A stretch of DNA of 64,000 nt from Octopus vulgaris (taxonomy: Eukaryota), in contig OX597820.1 in the NCBI GenBank assembly GCA_951406725.2, forward strand, positions 77,872,001-77,936,000. The letters run 5' to 3'. The position numbers and the translations under genes are program-made. Of the stretch, positions 13,385-29,162 are shown in pieces. The notes below the pieces were generated by a model, which was given only the letters and a program-made list of their open reading frames with translations, was not told the DNA's origin and did no database searches. Numbering within the stretch: position 1 is the stretch's first letter; each line of letters starts with the position of its first letter.

Positions 13385-14440
13385 TAACTTTATTTTAAAA
13401 TTTCGTACCGGTAGACAAAAAGCTGGCTTCTAACCTGGATCCAAGGCTCTTTCATTGGAATTTCAAAAAAGAGCAACAGAATATTTGTGAATGTGTGTTT
13501 GTATGTGTTTATTGCCTGGGGTCAGTGCATATGCCGATTTGTACGTTTTGCTTTATGCATGTATACTCATACATATAGTTGCTTGTCTAGACATGCGCAT
13601 ATATACTTAAATATTAAACTTACTTTTACAAGATTTTGCATCTCTATTGATGGTCGGAGTCTGTAATCTTCTGATTAGCTTTCTCTTTTCTGGCTTTGAA
13701 AAGCGTAATTTCTCAAGATTGTTGCTCAGGCAATTTGTTGCTTATCTTTGTAAACTTTATACACTTGAATTTATAATTCAGATCGTGTTACAGTACATTT
13801 CTCGACAGTTTAACTTAGGTGTATACTTTTCACTGATCTTCCGCTGAATTTTGTTATCTGCTGGGCAGCTACTTTCCACTAGGGTACATACTTTCTCTTT
13901 TTTTCTGGTCTATTCTGGTCTATGCATGTATATTCAACTAAGGAGGGACTCGATTTCCAACAAAGATACAACGCTTCATCTTTGGGATGTAGTTAACACA
14001 AATTCACATTTGGAACTTGAGAAAAGTCTTGCATAGTTTTTACTGTTCCACTCATATATTGCACTTGCAAACGTACAAATTAGCCGGTCGATTTCTCTTT
14101 CTGAAAATCCCAGTTTATCCAGATTCTCATTTAAGCATTTACTAACAAGTCATAGGGCTCCAATTATTATTGGTGTGTGTATGAGTGTATGTATGTATGT
14201 ATGTATGTATGTATGTATGTATGTATGTATGTATGTATGTCATTATTCAGTTTTATTCCAAGATTTCTTGGAATAAAAACAGAGAAAAAGCCTGTTTCTA
14301 AGCTAGACCCAAGGCTCCTTCATTGGGATTTCAGTATCAACAGGGTATTTTTGTATGTAAGTATGTACACGTGCACATTTGTATGCTTTGTTTTATGTAT
14401 GTCTTCTCATGCATATACTTGCCTATCTGCACATGCTCGT
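13385..14440 (+). repeat. Two copies (~13385-13600, ~14240-14440) of an unclassified interspersed repeat; a third, diverged copy near 49960-50050
   Basis: aaaaagc..tttctaa.ct.ga.ccaaggctc.ttcattgg.atttca shared. Confidence 0.6.
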
Positions 14441-16360
14441 ATGTATGTATGTATTTATGTATATGTATGTATGTATGTAAAAATGTTCATGATTAAGCAA
14501 TTCCATTCACAACGTATGGCATGATCCACGTCTGTAGAAAATTATGTCTATACACAGAATGGGATACAACTGTGGTACACGCCTTTGCGAAGTGAACGTT
14601 TTCACCATTCGGCAATATTGTATTTACAAAGATACACACACACATATATATACACACATGTATGTGTGTGTGTGTCTGTGTGTCTGTGTGTCTGTGTCTG
14701 TGCGTGCATGTATGGATGTATTTATGTATGTATTTACGCTCTAAACACCGCCATAGATTCGCCGACTAGTTACATAATTGCATTTCGAAACACTATCTGT
14801 ACATAACATTTTGTCCACTTAGGAAGAATCTCCTTTATTCAGTATCGAATAGCGTACACATTTTGTAATGGTGTATCCTTCTTACAGAGAGATTTTGTAG
14901 TGAATAATCCCACGAGTAATCAAAGAGTTTAGATGGAGCCATAAATAACACAATAGGGTTACATAATGCATTTTCATTTTGAATAACTGAGAGTATTCAA
15001 AGAGACTTAATGAAAGAAATATGAATATAAAATGTAATGATATGTTGTATGACTAGTTAGAAGACCAATTTTATTACCATGGAAGCCGCATAAAATACCC
15101 TAATGCATTAACATAAAATCGAATGAAGCTTTATTAATTAATTTTGTGAGGAATATTAACCTTTGTTTGTCCCTCATATCTTATGATGACCATTCATCAA
15201 CATTGCAAATTAATGTAATAACACTTAAGATATGGTGCCTTTTGCAAAATATTTATTGAATGAAAAATTCCCTCAGTATGCGCCTGATTAGAATATGCAA
15301 TGAGCAATGGCATAAGTGAGATTCACACCAAATATTGTAAAACACCATGCAAGATTTTCGATACTCTTTTTTTCAAATACATTTGAATTTTGTGCACGAG
15401 AAATGCAGCTATCTTATACAATGCGGTATTTTGACTTTGTAAGTGTTTATCACCATTTAATAAACATACTTACATTCAAAGTTATTCTTATTCTGTTACA
15501 ACAGTATTTTAATTCTTACATGAAGACAAATTTCGTTAGACCGCTATAAACTGCAATTCATTTAAGGAAATTTAAAATGGACCGGGGAATCATAATAATT
15601 TTCAATGAAACACTAGTTGTTATTTCCATTGATATCAGAAGCCTTGATGCAGAGGCAAAGAGTGTCTTAAATCTTAATTATTGACCATTTAAATAATTCA
15701 CATATAATAATTTGGGACCTATTCATTTTAGTATTATCACATGTACCTTATTGTGCAATCTGCGACAAATGCCATGCGTTGGCTGTTTCGTCAATCCGGG
15801 AATATAACACGATATATTCTCAGCATTCTAAACAAAACTTTTGATCGGACGAAGGACATGACAATAAACGGAATAAAGGCTTGGCTTAGGACTACACGAA
15901 AACGATAATTAAAATGATAATAATATCAATAATTAAAAACCTTAGGGCTGCAAGGCAAGATAAAAATGGGTAACGCGAAAGAGAAATAAAAACTGTCTTA
16001 AACACAGGACTAGAGCGAGGAGCTCAATAAATCTTGACTAATAGATGCATGATAATCATTGAAACGTTTATAGCGATTAAACCAACAGAGAACATTAAAG
16101 GTCGAATGTAAATAAAAGTCAGGCTTTCAAAGCCGATCAAGTTCAAAAGGTATAATGAAGACCTTACAGATATAAAAGCCTTCTGCACAGCAACGCCGTG
16201 TGATCTACAATCCATTTTGCCGAATGCATTAGCGACGGATCACTTCTTGAACGACACCTCTATCGTCTTTCTAATGTAAATACTCTTCTCTCTTCTATAA
16301 CCTTCTGTTCTTTTCCTTCGTTCTTCTCCTTATAGACAAGCACACTCATTCCATCTCCCC

Positions 16361-16402
<42 letters not shown>

Positions 16403-16420
16403 ACACATACACCCACACTT

Positions 16421-16687
16421 ACTCTTTTACTCTTTTATTTCTTTCTGTTATTTGACCGCGGACATGCTAGAGCACCGCCTTTAGTTGAACAAATCGGCTC
16501 TAGGACTTATTTTTGTAAGCCTAGTACTTATTTTATCGGTTTCATCTGCCGCACTGCTAGATTACAGGGACGCAAACACACCTACATTGGTTGTCAAGTA
16601 ATGACGTGGGGACAAACACAGACACACAAACATATACACACGCACATACACACACGCGCGCACACGCACGCACGCACACACACACGC

Positions 16688-16749
<62 letters not shown>

Positions 16750-16888
16750 GTATATATACGACTGGATTCCTTCAGTTTCCGTCTACGAAATCCACTCACA
16801 AGACTTCGGTCGCCCAAGGCTATAGTAGAAGACACTCGTTCAGAACCATGTGGTTGGTAATCAAAGCAAGCTAGTTACCACACAACCC
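16421..16888 (-). mobile_element. SINE family B with internal (CA)n/(TA)n and a ggcggtgct..catggccgc..gaaa 3' tail
   Basis: Homology to 49109-49550 and 57437-57883. Confidence 0.85.
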
Positions 16889-16890
16889 TT

Positions 16891-17075
16891 TAGGCACAAG
16901 GCCCGAAAATTTAGGTAAGAATGCCAGCTAATTACATCGACCCCAGTACACAACTGGTACTTAATTTATCGACCCCGAAAGGATAAAAGGTAGAGTGGAC
17001 CTCAGCGGGATTTGAACTCAGAGCATAAAGACAGAGGAAATACCCCTAAGCATTGCGCCCGGCGTGCTAACGTTT
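16891..17075 (-). mobile_element. SINE family A, alternative 3' end
   Basis: ctggtacttaatttatcgaccccgaaagga..atttgaactcag; head cggcgtgctaacg. Confidence 0.85.
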
Positions 17076-17674
17076 TTTTATTTCTTTATTGCCCACAAGT
17101 GGCTAAACGTAGAGGCGACAAACAAGGAGAGACAAAGGGATTTAGTCGATTAGATCGACCCCAGTGCGTAACTGGTACTTATTTAATCGACCCCGAAAGG
17201 ATGAAAGGCAATGTCGACCTCGGCGGAATTTGAACTCAGAACGCAGCGGCAGAAGAAATACCTCTTTCTTTACTACCCACAAGGGGCTAAAAACAGAGAG
17301 GACAAACAAGGATTGACAAACGGATTAAGTCGATTATATCGACCCCAGTGCGTAACTGGTACTTATTTAACCGACTCCGAAAAGATGAAAGGCAAAGTCG
17401 ACCTCGGCGGAATTTGAACTCAGAACGCAGAGGCAGAAGAAATACCTCTTTCTTTACTACCCACAAGGGGCTAAACACAGAGAGGACAAACAAGGACTGA
17501 CAAACGGATTAAGTCGATTATATCGACCCCAGTGCGTAACTGGTACTTATTTGATCGACTCCGAAAGGATGAAAGGCAAAGTCGACCTCGCTGGAATTTG
17601 AACTCAGAACGTAGCGACAGACTAAATACCGCTAAGCATTTCGCCCGACATGCTAATGATTCTGACAGCCCGCC
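17076..17674 (-). mobile_element. Head-to-tail trimer of SINE family A (184-bp period)
   Basis: tgaactcagaacg recurs at 17231, 17415 and 17599; only the last unit keeps the full tRNA head. Confidence 0.9.
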
Positions 17675-19619
17675 GCTTTAGACAATTCATATATCGTAAC
17701 AGTTTCAACTCGCAATTTTATGAGCGACGTTATGCCTATTCACGTGAAGAACTCTTTCATTCTTAATTGTTGTTTTAGCCTTGTTTATTCTTTGAGTAAC
17801 CTCTACGCGAAAGCGAAGTCCCTCTCCTACTATTGTGAGTAAATACTTGAATATTTTACTTGGTCTTGTTTTAGCTTCAGTCCTCCTATCTTCATTATTT
17901 CTTCCTTTTGTTCTGTCTTACTTATAAATCATTTCTTTCTTTCTTTTTTTGTATTCATATTTTACGTTTACAACATCAAACGTTCTTGTAATTTCTGATG
18001 ACTGCCTGTATTTCTTAACGTTATTTCATTCCTAAAATAAATTGAAAATGCCCAGAAACTGTTGTTTTTGGAGTTAAGCAACTTAGGAAAATAAAACCAT
18101 TCCTATAACGTGTGGAAACTGGAGTTCTCAAGGACCTGGAGCGCATCGATGTTAATGGAACTAATAAAGAAAGTAAACGCCGTCCAGCCTTTAAACACCA
18201 CAAATATGGCTCTTAGCAAAGCAGGATCCTTAAAGCGACATTCCAATAATTGATATTTTCTCGTCTTATAATATAATGACTGTCATATTAAAGCTTAGTA
18301 GTACTGATATGTGGGATATTCTACATACACTTCTAGCCGCTATATTGAAGCATCCAGTGAGATTAAGAACCTGGATGGCCTGTGACATAATCTTTTAATC
18401 AAATAGTCTCGTGTCATCGCATACCAGCAGACGATCCTCAATCATGTAGGTGTGTTACTGATGGTCATTTTTTCTTCTTTTTCGTTACATTTATTTAGAT
18501 AGAATGGTTGATCTGATGGCTTCAAGAAATTTTAACATTCTGCAGGAGGAGAAACTATTTCTATCAGATGCAAAATAGTATCATTGATCGTTTTAGGTAT
18601 GGCTATCACCAGCAAGTGCCTGCAACGGTTGTTAACTAAGATATAGAAATATATCTTTGTGCAAGCCTAACTATTTTGTACAACCATAGATTGTATTAAT
18701 TAATGTTGTAGTTTGGAGGAAATGTTTTATCAATGTCATTTCTGTGTTTAGCACAGAAAATGCATTATCATCAAGCGGAAATCTTCCCTTTCCAACTTAT
18801 AACAAATTATTAAGAAAATGACAAGATAGCTCGCATCTGCAAAAATATAGTATCAAGCACAGATTTTATCAATTTTTCTTCCGTTTGGAATTATTAGCGC
18901 GCTCTGACGGAAGTCACATAAAAACACTTCCCATTCCAGATCTAATATCACATAAATTCTGTAATAACCTGCTCAGGATTTACGTCTTTATGATAACAGC
19001 TTTACGCACGCAATGGATTTTTCATTAATGTTTATGCAGCTCCAAGACAAATTCATAAAACTAGAAAATAGTTTGCGGTCATGTTTGAAGTTGTTTGAGG
19101 GGCAAGGTTGTTGAAATATGATTTTATATGCCAGAAATTGTTATGCTTCTCTCAAAGCATCCGTTGATACCTTACTGACATCAGCATAGCTATATTGGAG
19201 GAGGCCGTATCATTTAATTTATTGGCATTTATTATGAGTCTGAGATTCCTCTAAAAGTGCAGGATGGCTGCATTGTTCCTTTTATCTGTGTACCTTATTT
19301 CCTGTAAATCCGTTCGCTTGGTACCTGAGCCAAAGCTGAACCTTGTTGGATAGTTCACAGCATTTTAACACCATAGGGGAAATATATTCTATCTCACAAT
19401 AATCATTTGTTATAGTTGAGAGAATTCATTTTGTCATGTTGCTGATTTTTAATGTTATGGTTTTTAATGTTATCGAAGCTCATAATTCATCGCTGAGAAT
19501 TTGAAATTAACCCAATAATGCCATTGTGGAACACTAGGGCACTCAGAATTGTATATAATTTACACTAAATATTCAAATGTACCATTATAAATTCACATGT
19601 TACCGAATGTAGTCTGTAG

Positions 19620-19865
19620 CAGGAAATTATTCCTCAAGAGCTCGAGATAGCTTCTATTGTCCATCCATACAAGAGAAAAGGAAACAGGCAGTCCTGTAAC
19701 ACCCACCGGGGAATTTCTCTCCCTCTCATCGCTGGCAAGATACTTGTAAGAGTCTTCCTTAACTGCGTCACTGAGTACATGGATGGCGAGTATCTTTCAG
19801 AGAATCAGTGTTTCTTCAGAGAGGGCTATGGAATCGTCGATATGATCTTTGCCGCACGCCAAGTT
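19620..19865 (+). pseudogene. RTE-clade LINE reverse transcriptase fragment
   Basis: Manual translation QEIIPQELEIASIVHPYKRKGNRQSCNTHRGISLPLIAGKILVRV...LSENQCFFREGYGIVDMIFAARQV matches the RTE RT domain 0-2 pattern. Confidence 0.85.
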
Positions 19866-21170
19866 TAGGCACAGTCGATTTACTTGAAAGTGCTGGTTAT
19901 TTTGATAAGTATTCATGAGATGTTTCGTGGAATGTTTTATAAATATGGATTGATCCTATCAACTCACATTTTTAACCTCCAGAGTATTGTCATACTCAAT
20001 AATTTATCCAGTGATAATATAACTGTTTATTTTTTTAGTCCAGCCCGCCGATAGATATCTACGAGAATAGACCAGAGCTATTAACATGTTTCTTTTCCTG
20101 TAGGAGACTTGTACGGGAATTTAAGAGAGAAATTTAGACAGCTGGATAACAAATTATTAAGCTGAAGCTCCAAACGTTTTTCTTCGAGGCCCTTCCCCTT
20201 TTAATAGTGTCAATACCGTGAAGTGGACTAATACCGCAAGTAGCATTTGGCATGACTGAGTTTAAGGTATGGTAAGAAATGAATATGAAAGGGTGAGAGC
20301 TCGTCGCAGCTACCTAGAGGTATTGCACCCAACATAAGTATCAAACCAAGAGCAATCAACTAAAGTTTTTCTTTCATCTCAGATTTGATTAAATTTACCG
20401 TTTGTATTATAACCTAAATAATATGAATATAAATAATAATTGATTTTTGATTCCCAATTCATGTGGTGATTCCACATTACAATATGTCTGAAGAGAAGTT
20501 TTCTCAAATTAAATCATTTGGAAGCATCATAAGGCGAGCTATAACCCCGACTGATGCGCAGCCTGAAACAAAACGTAATGAAAGTAGTGAATCGGAGATT
20601 CAAATCATAAACATTATATTGCAACGAAAATTACTGTCAATCACTGGATGGGGGAAACATTGTTCAACTGAACGAAATGTAAAGTCTGTAAAGAATAAAT
20701 TATTTCATTCAGCAAGACAAAGAAGTTCAGGCATGAATAGATATTTTCTTTGTGGATGTACAAATGTATGTAAAACAAGTAAGAGGTGACTCAAAGGTTT
20801 ATAGACGTCCGGCTGAGATTTTGAAATACGAAGAGTAGGTGTTTGCGGCGTCAAAAGAAACCAACCGATTACATAAATTATTCTGCTACGTGTTAATCTC
20901 AAAATGAATTCATATTTCTTTGTATCTCTCACTGCGACGGGTGCACTGGCGTGTCCGTGCACGTGTGTACTTGTGTGTTTGTGTGAGAGTGAGAGACATT
21001 CTTTTATCGGTTTTTCTATGTGTGTATCACGTAGGAAATATATAGAAGTCGACATTGATATATAAGCTGCAAACATTGGAAATAACCATTCGACAGTATT
21101 TATTAATGTATCCGACAACAATTTTGCCACTTTTCATTCCTTTTCTTTATCTGTTTCTCATATATACGTA

Positions 21171-21637
<467 letters not shown>

Positions 21638-22119
21638 GAGCGCATGTCTCTATATTCATCTCTGTATGCTTGCATGCATTTATTCATATAAGCCTGTATA
21701 GACGATAAATCTATTACCGGCATTATTGCATTTTCTATGTTACAAGTTTTGCGTTTCGTGATAAACATAGTTAATTCCTTACCAAAAACACGTCTGAAAG
21801 CAGACTAAGGGAAAATGGAAATATTAAATTCGTCGTGAAACAAATTCTGATTGCAGAATTTATTTAGTCTTGTCGTCTCGGGAAAACTAATCAACTGTCC
21901 TATTATGGATTTCTATGATAGCATCAGATTCAGTTGGAAATTTGGAAATTATCACCAAACATTTATGGAAATTTACGTATTGTTAAATATTCCATGACCA
22001 TTACCTAGAAACTCTTTATTGGTATCCAAACAAATACTTCTCTCGTCACTACTGAGATATTTTGTCATTATTCCTAAATGTTTATTTAACTATCAATTGT
22101 GTGCGTGTATTTGTGCCTC

Positions 22120-22219
<100 letters not shown>

Positions 22220-24397
22220 ATGCTTTGATCGATATTTCGCGTTTGCCTCGTAAATATCCATGATGTATTTCCTGAACAAATAGGCTTGGTTGAAAATAGT
22301 AAAACGATATGTCTAGAATCATTGGTCATAACATGAATAAATATACCGATGCTTATGTAAGTCTAAGTATTGCTATTCGACAATAATAACATGCGACATT
22401 CTATGAAAATCTCGTAATTAACTGCAGATATATTCAAAGAAATACCGAAGAACATAAAATAGATTTCTGCCGATTCCAAAATGTATGGTAGCTTGCTTTT
22501 CCTTTACTATTTAAGAGAGCAACAAGCGAAAGTGAGCAGATGTATTAGGGATTATACTGGCTCCAACGAGCTGGGGACAGTGTAATAGCAATTTAAAAGG
22601 GATTAGAGAGTACGGCTATGGAGAATAGGCTGGATTGTGTTGTTGAGGGACGTCATCCAAATCAGTTGAATGAACTTTCTTATGAGATCTGTGATCTATA
22701 AATGTTATATATGTGTAGTAACAGTAGTGTCATGGAAGTGGGCGAAAAATTCCATAACAATGTTTAAATGAATTTTGCATAGATTTAATAAGTATCGGAA
22801 GACAATTTATTTCCAGCAACTAAAGGGGAAAACAAGTCAGTGAAAAATAATTTCATAGGTTGTGGACATGAGTTCGCCAGAAAGAAAAGGAAAGATAGTG
22901 ACGTCTAAAGTTATGTATGCATTAGTTTTCATGCTTCTTTGTTACATATATTTATAGTGTTTTTGTGAATATCATTGACCAAAGCAGCAACATTGATTTC
23001 TGTTGCCGTGTTTTTTGCACTCAGTTTTTATTTTTTGTAAATGTTATCGTAATGCGTTGAGAATTTCCCTTACTCATGGTTTATGTTATTTGTGTGTATG
23101 TAAATTTATTGTTTGTTGCAGTTTCCCTTGGAACACAAATTCTAGTTATATATAAATCTGCGCCTAACATTTTGGGATTCTTCATTTGCAAACGATCATT
23201 GAATGCCTCAACATTTCATTTCTATCCTAATACTTTTATGTCTAACTCGTTAGCTGAAGGCTGCTGCGGCAAATTGAAAGAAAATATTACTGGAAATGTG
23301 TAATAAGCTTGGATATCTCTTCCCCCAAATGTGGGGTTTTTCCTTATACCGTCATATCTGCGCCTGCATTTTCTTCTAATTATTCATTAAACGTTCAATT
23401 TAGCAAACCATTATTTGTGGTACCGACGCACAGCGTGAAGTATTCACCTGTATGTTTGATAAATTCTGTCAAAATCTTTCTGCCAATCAATCCATGACAT
23501 ACTGAACCAAATCTTGCTCTTCTATTGATTTACATCATCGTTTTGCTCATCAACAATTGATATTTATCGTATGATGCTTTCCAAGAAACCATGGTTGGTG
23601 AAAGGATTCTTATGGCTATGGATTTCTTAGGCTTTGAAATTTGTTTCAGGGGATTAATTTGGTTTCTGTCTTTACAAGACGCTCAGATGTTGCTGCTACT
23701 TCTTTTGTGAACTTATACATAGTTTTGCCGTCAATGTATTCGTGTGTGAGAACTACGAATTTAATCACCTCCTGGTGTATTATTTCTCTTCCATGAAGAT
23801 GTCCTCACACCGTAGTTATCCATATAAACGCTATGCACCTCTTTCATTTGTTAATGTACTGTTCTCAATTACATTTACGTATAGAAGTCAAAAAAAAGAA
23901 AAGAACACTCGTGGATTGGAACTGAACCGTTTGTTTGTTGAGAGAATTTATTATAGATTTCCATATCGCCAGAATCTTTTCTATGTAACAAGGATTTACG
24001 TCTTCAGATTTATTTCTTCAGATCTCTTGATTTCGAGCAAGCGTATTTTTGTTATTTTGTTTTATTTATTTCTCATCGTTTACCACTTCACAGTTTTATA
24101 CTTTCCGTATCGTTGATGATTTCATTAACGATGGAGTAATCTCGCCTTTCAGTATTCCAATGTTCTTTGGAAGATGAGGAGCTTCCACTGCGTATCCTAT
24201 CACTCTGAGTATATACAGCCTCTGCTTATAATATTTTGTTTGTCCTATTGATACTGATGTTAACGTCTAATTTAATTAACAAAATGTTAACCACTTTCGT
24301 CCTTTGTATACGGGGCACTATTTTAGAGATACTACTTATATTTGAAGATACTTCCGTTAATTTAGAAGAATATCTTCTCCCCTTACATATAAATACA

Positions 24398-24515
24398 ACC
24401 ACAAGTTGCAGTCTTTTGTTGTGGTCTGGTGGCTTGTGTGCGTCAGTGACTCATGTGAGTTACGCTACCAATGAGGAAACTCTTGGTAGAGCATCCCATA
24501 TTGGACAGGGGTCAA
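24398..24515 (+). mobile_element. Possible RTE/BovB-type LINE 5' UTR fragment
   Basis: ttgttgtggtctggtggcttgtgtgcgtcagtga..tgagttacgc ... ggtagagcatcccata..ggacagg resembles the recalled RTE 5' leader (ccttgtcgtggcgaaggggcttgcgt..caatga..tgagccatgc). Confidence 0.45.
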
Positions 24516-25208
24516 CTTTTTTCCTAGAGGTGAAAACGGTTTTGCGTAAGACTATCATGAAAAAAGTAAAGTTACAGATGTATTAATAATAATTCAAAAC
24601 AACAAGACCTGCTAGAGGAAAGCCTTTCCACAGGGAAACATACGACGCAGCGAAACAAAATCCAAAAGGAGGCATGAATCCAAGAGGAGAGAAGGAGCAA
24701 AGACAGCCCTGATTTGAGTACAGCTTAGTAAAGTCGTTGTTAGCATATTTTGTATAGGGAGGGAAAGGCTTAAGTAAATAACATTTAAATATATACATGA
24801 CCACAGTTACGTGTTTCAGCATAGAGGCTGCTGCCATGCTGGGGTACTGTATGCATATATAATTTGCTCTTAAATGGACTACGATGGCTATAGTCTATCC
24901 GATCCTTGAGAGATTTTTAGGATTTTCAACGCCATATCAGGGAACTCTTCGTCAATGTAAAGAACATATTCGACAAAGTGGTAGTCAATATTATGGCCAT
25001 GAAATACTTATTAGTAACCACTGAAATTATTGGCAACTATTTGAAGTTGTACCATTTTTGTGAGAAAATCTATTTTTAGCTTACTGCAAAATAACTTTAT
25101 CTGGGAACTGTCATCCTGGGCTAAATAGTAGTATCATCTGTTCTTAAAGAACACACACGTTTAAGTAGTGATGAACATTTTTTCCATCACTACAAAGAGA
25201 TTTTCTTA

Positions 25209-25293
25209 GTGAACTAGCTTGATATGTGAACTAGCTTGATATGTGAACTAGCTTGATATGTGAACTAGCTTGATATGTGAACTAGCTTGATAT
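25209..25293 (+). repeat. Perfect minisatellite (gtgaactagcttgatat) x5
   Basis: 17-bp unit, five exact copies, no spacers. Confidence 0.95.
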
Positions 25294-25464
25294 ATGTGTA
25301 TATATATATATATGAAGAGAGAGAGAGAGAAGTGGGAGGAGTGAGAAAGTAAGAGTGCGAGAGAGAAAGATAGAGAGAGACAGACATATACATACATACA
25401 CACATTCATAAGTGAGTGTGTGTGTGTGTGTTTGTGTGTGCGCGCGCGCGCGTGTGTGTGTGTG

Positions 25465-25529
<65 letters not shown>

Positions 25530-26771
25530 GTGTGTGTTTGCGTGTGGATAGAAATGTAAATTGCCAACTGAAAATATTTAATCAAGAGGTGTATTTCGCC
25601 ATATTGTCACTATGGGCACACTTTATGAATGCACGCTTAACGAATATGTCACTAAGCAATACATCTATGAAACTCTCGAATGAATTTATCAAACAATAAT
25701 ATTTGAAAGTTATATCATATAACCAAATTCTCAACATAAAAACAAAATGATATTCCTTGTAATTTCACTACCATAACGGATTAATATATCTGCTAAAGTA
25801 TTATCACTGAAGCCTTGACTGCTTCATTGCACTACCACGTTTCGGAGTGTTTCTCGCATGAATTTTTACTTTGTAAAATATATTATGCTAGATGCACATA
25901 TTCGTAAGACATGGATTGACAATTGTTCCTTTTCAGTATGAGAATAATTAATGAAGCAAATATAAGCTTGTGACAACGTAATAATTTTATTTTCACTCTA
26001 CACATGAAAAGTGAAACACAGCCTTTCCGCAAAAGTAAATCATTCATAACAACACCAACAGCAGTAATGTAGGAGACATTTATTGGACATTGGTTTTGTT
26101 ACGATATGTTGCATATTTTAGTTTATGTGCATTTCTAATATTTCAAAGGAATCTTTCAGATATAATTTCTGAGTTGTGAAATTCTTTTAAGTTGCCAGAA
26201 AACTACTTGACCTTGAATTCTGTTGCGATAGTTTAGATATTTATTACCGCTATACTTCCGAATGCATGAATAGTCAATAATATACATTTTACAGCGGTTC
26301 ATTTATATATATTGGGCATAAAATAACTTCCACCTTATGCCGAAGAGAAATAACGTTAAGCTGAATAGTAATAAATTCCTGGAATAATAACCTCGAACTA
26401 ACTAACACCTGTCTTTTTGTGAATATGCTTTCGATAACAAGCTTTTATCGAGGGAAATCCAGTAAAATGATTTTCTTTCCCATAAACTAAGGAGTATATG
26501 GTAATATAAATTCAGCTAGAGCAATAATTTCTCGAAGTTAAAGAATTATACGTTTCAATTAAGGGTACTTTCCTGGCATTTACTACCATCATTACAATTA
26601 TGTTTATTCCAGCGTTTTGACCTATTTGCAAGGAAAAATGGGGGAAAATAATAAATCCTCGCCAGAAAATAATACCAAAAATCTTTAAGTATGTTCTAAC
26701 AATGTAGTATGTTTTAAATTAAAAATTTGATTGCAACTTTGAAATGGTGTCACTAATTGCAATTTACAGGC

Positions 26772-26802
<31 letters not shown>

Positions 26803-27317
26803 GTGCGTTTGTGCGTGTGTGTGTATGTGTGTGCGTGTGTTTCTCTGTGTGTGATTCTGAATGTCCAAACAGAAACTCTCTGCGTTACGCATAGGTTTCC
26901 ATATGTGAAATATGGAAGCATATGCGTAATAAAGACGTCATGGAGAAAATATTCTTTCCGAGGGAACACAGTGAAATATTGAGGTAGAATTGAATGAAAT
27001 GCAGTTCAATTTATATATAAAAGAAAGGGGAAAATTATGTAAAACGGAAAGGGTAAACTAGGATACGGGTTAAGAAATAAGGATGGAAACAGCGAAAAAG
27101 TGTTAGACATGTGAAAAAGACTTTGAGATTAAGAATCTGAAGGAAGTATAGAACATTGAAGGAGAAGGAAGCATGGAAATAATTTTATGCTTGTTCAAAT
27201 GATATCTATCTATCTATCTATCTATCTATGTTATGCTTATTCAAATGATATCTATCTTTCTATCTATCTATCTATTTATCTATCTATCTATCAATATATA
27301 TATATATATATATATAT

Positions 27318-27599
27318 AAGATCGTTATTTAAATACCGTTATTTAAAATACCTCAAAGGTAATAATTATTATTAAAATTAGAATTAAGAGTATCTAATAG
27401 ATACAAACCATGCTAGATATAGCAGCCAAAACTTGACTCTAAAATCCCATTAAATGTTCATACATCATCCTAGTGCACGAGCGGATACTCCTGAGCAAGT
27501 TTTTTTTGTGTCCTACAAGAGTACTCGATGCTAGATGTGTCGAAACAATTGTTGTGCTTAATAATATATTCTCGTATATTCCATCTTTTGTCTTTCATT

Positions 27600-27697
<98 letters not shown>

Positions 27698-27950
27698 GCA
27701 ATGGCGCAGTGGTTAGGTCCAATAATTTTTTGCTTGTTTATTTGTCTTTTTGTCTTTTCTTCTCGTGCTGTATGAAAACATAATGCGCTTTTACAGTCAA
27801 GTTTTGCCTGCTATCTCTAGCATGGTGATATATTTTAAATACCCCTAATTATAATTTTAATAATGATTATTACCTATAAAGCTTTTATTCCTATGCTGGC
27901 CACTTGATATAATCGGTATGTTAAATAACAATTTTATCCTTATTTATGTA
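27318..27950. mobile_element. Fold-back element family D interrupted by (TA)n and a SINE head fragment; degenerate hammerhead-like motif at 27520-27559
   Basis: accatgctagatatagcagccaaaacttgac / gtcaagttttgcctgctatctctagcatggt; homologous to 63600-63983; agtac-tcgatgc..-gaaac-aatt-gtt-gtgctt. Confidence 0.7.
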
Positions 27951-27970
27951 AAATTTATACACACACACAC

Positions 27971-28089
<119 letters not shown>

Positions 28090-29102
28090 CAAGAAAGTTA
28101 GAGTTTGTGAATCCAACTAACTAAGGGATAATTTCTATCCAATATACTGGTGGTAGAATAACAAATTTTTAAAGCACAAGTGTTTTTATTGCATTGAAAT
28201 TACATTACCGAGTGTACTAAATGGGTGATGGTAGAGAGATATTTTACCATTAATTTATAGAGCAATAAGAAAATGGAGGGGGATCAATAGGTGGTATTCA
28301 TCAACTTTTAGACATTATATTATCTCAATTTATTTATTTATTTACTAAAAGGACAATTATAACAATATACGTACATGTATAACATATTATGCTTTACATA
28401 TATAATATATAAAGATATCAGTAATTATTAAAATATATAACATACAGGAATAGAAAATGGGATATCTTACAGTAGACTGAAATAAGTAGTATATGAAATT
28501 GAAGTTATCGTATATTTCTCTACGCTTCGTCAGAGATTTTAGAAAGTACATAAGGTTAAGTTATAACTATAAATACACACACATATGCATACTTATACAT
28601 ATACATACCTATCTATCTGTATCTCTCTCTATTTGTCTATCCGTCTATCTACCTATGTATCTATCTCTATTGTTCTTGAACTTCACCCTAAAAAAACAAA
28701 AACAAAATGAAGGTTCTCTTCTAAACAAATAGAAAAAAAACCCACCCCTGATTTATATAAACAACCTGTTTACACATTCACTATTTTATGTCATACGTTC
28801 GAAGACGAACGAAAGTGCTGATAGAAATGTCTAAGTAAAATAATATTTTTCCAAAATTCTTGCGACTTCCTTTCTCAATATTCAATATCTGTACACCACT
28901 TCCAAAATTTTACACCCCCACCCACCCACCCACACACACACACACGCATACACGCACACACGCACACAGATATATATATATATATGTATGTATATATATA
29001 TATATATAATATATATATATATGTATTTATGTATCTACATAATATATATATATATATATATAAAATTATATATATCTATATTATATATTATATATATGCA
29101 TG

Positions 29103-29162
<60 letters not shown>

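Noticed and set aside
24398-24470. HDV-like ribozyme in the putative RTE leader (also 51332-51420)
   Set aside because: The nested double pseudoknot could not be assembled from the sequence; a descriptor search would be needed.
25209-25293. Regular 17-bp repeat as a possible CRISPR-like array
   Set aside because: No spacers and eukaryotic context; it is a simple minisatellite.
28505-28540. Hammerhead-like ctgacga...gaaa on - strand (also 28795-28825, 52515-52550, 61766-61790)
   Set aside because: Stem II or the core is too degenerate to list as separate ribozymes.
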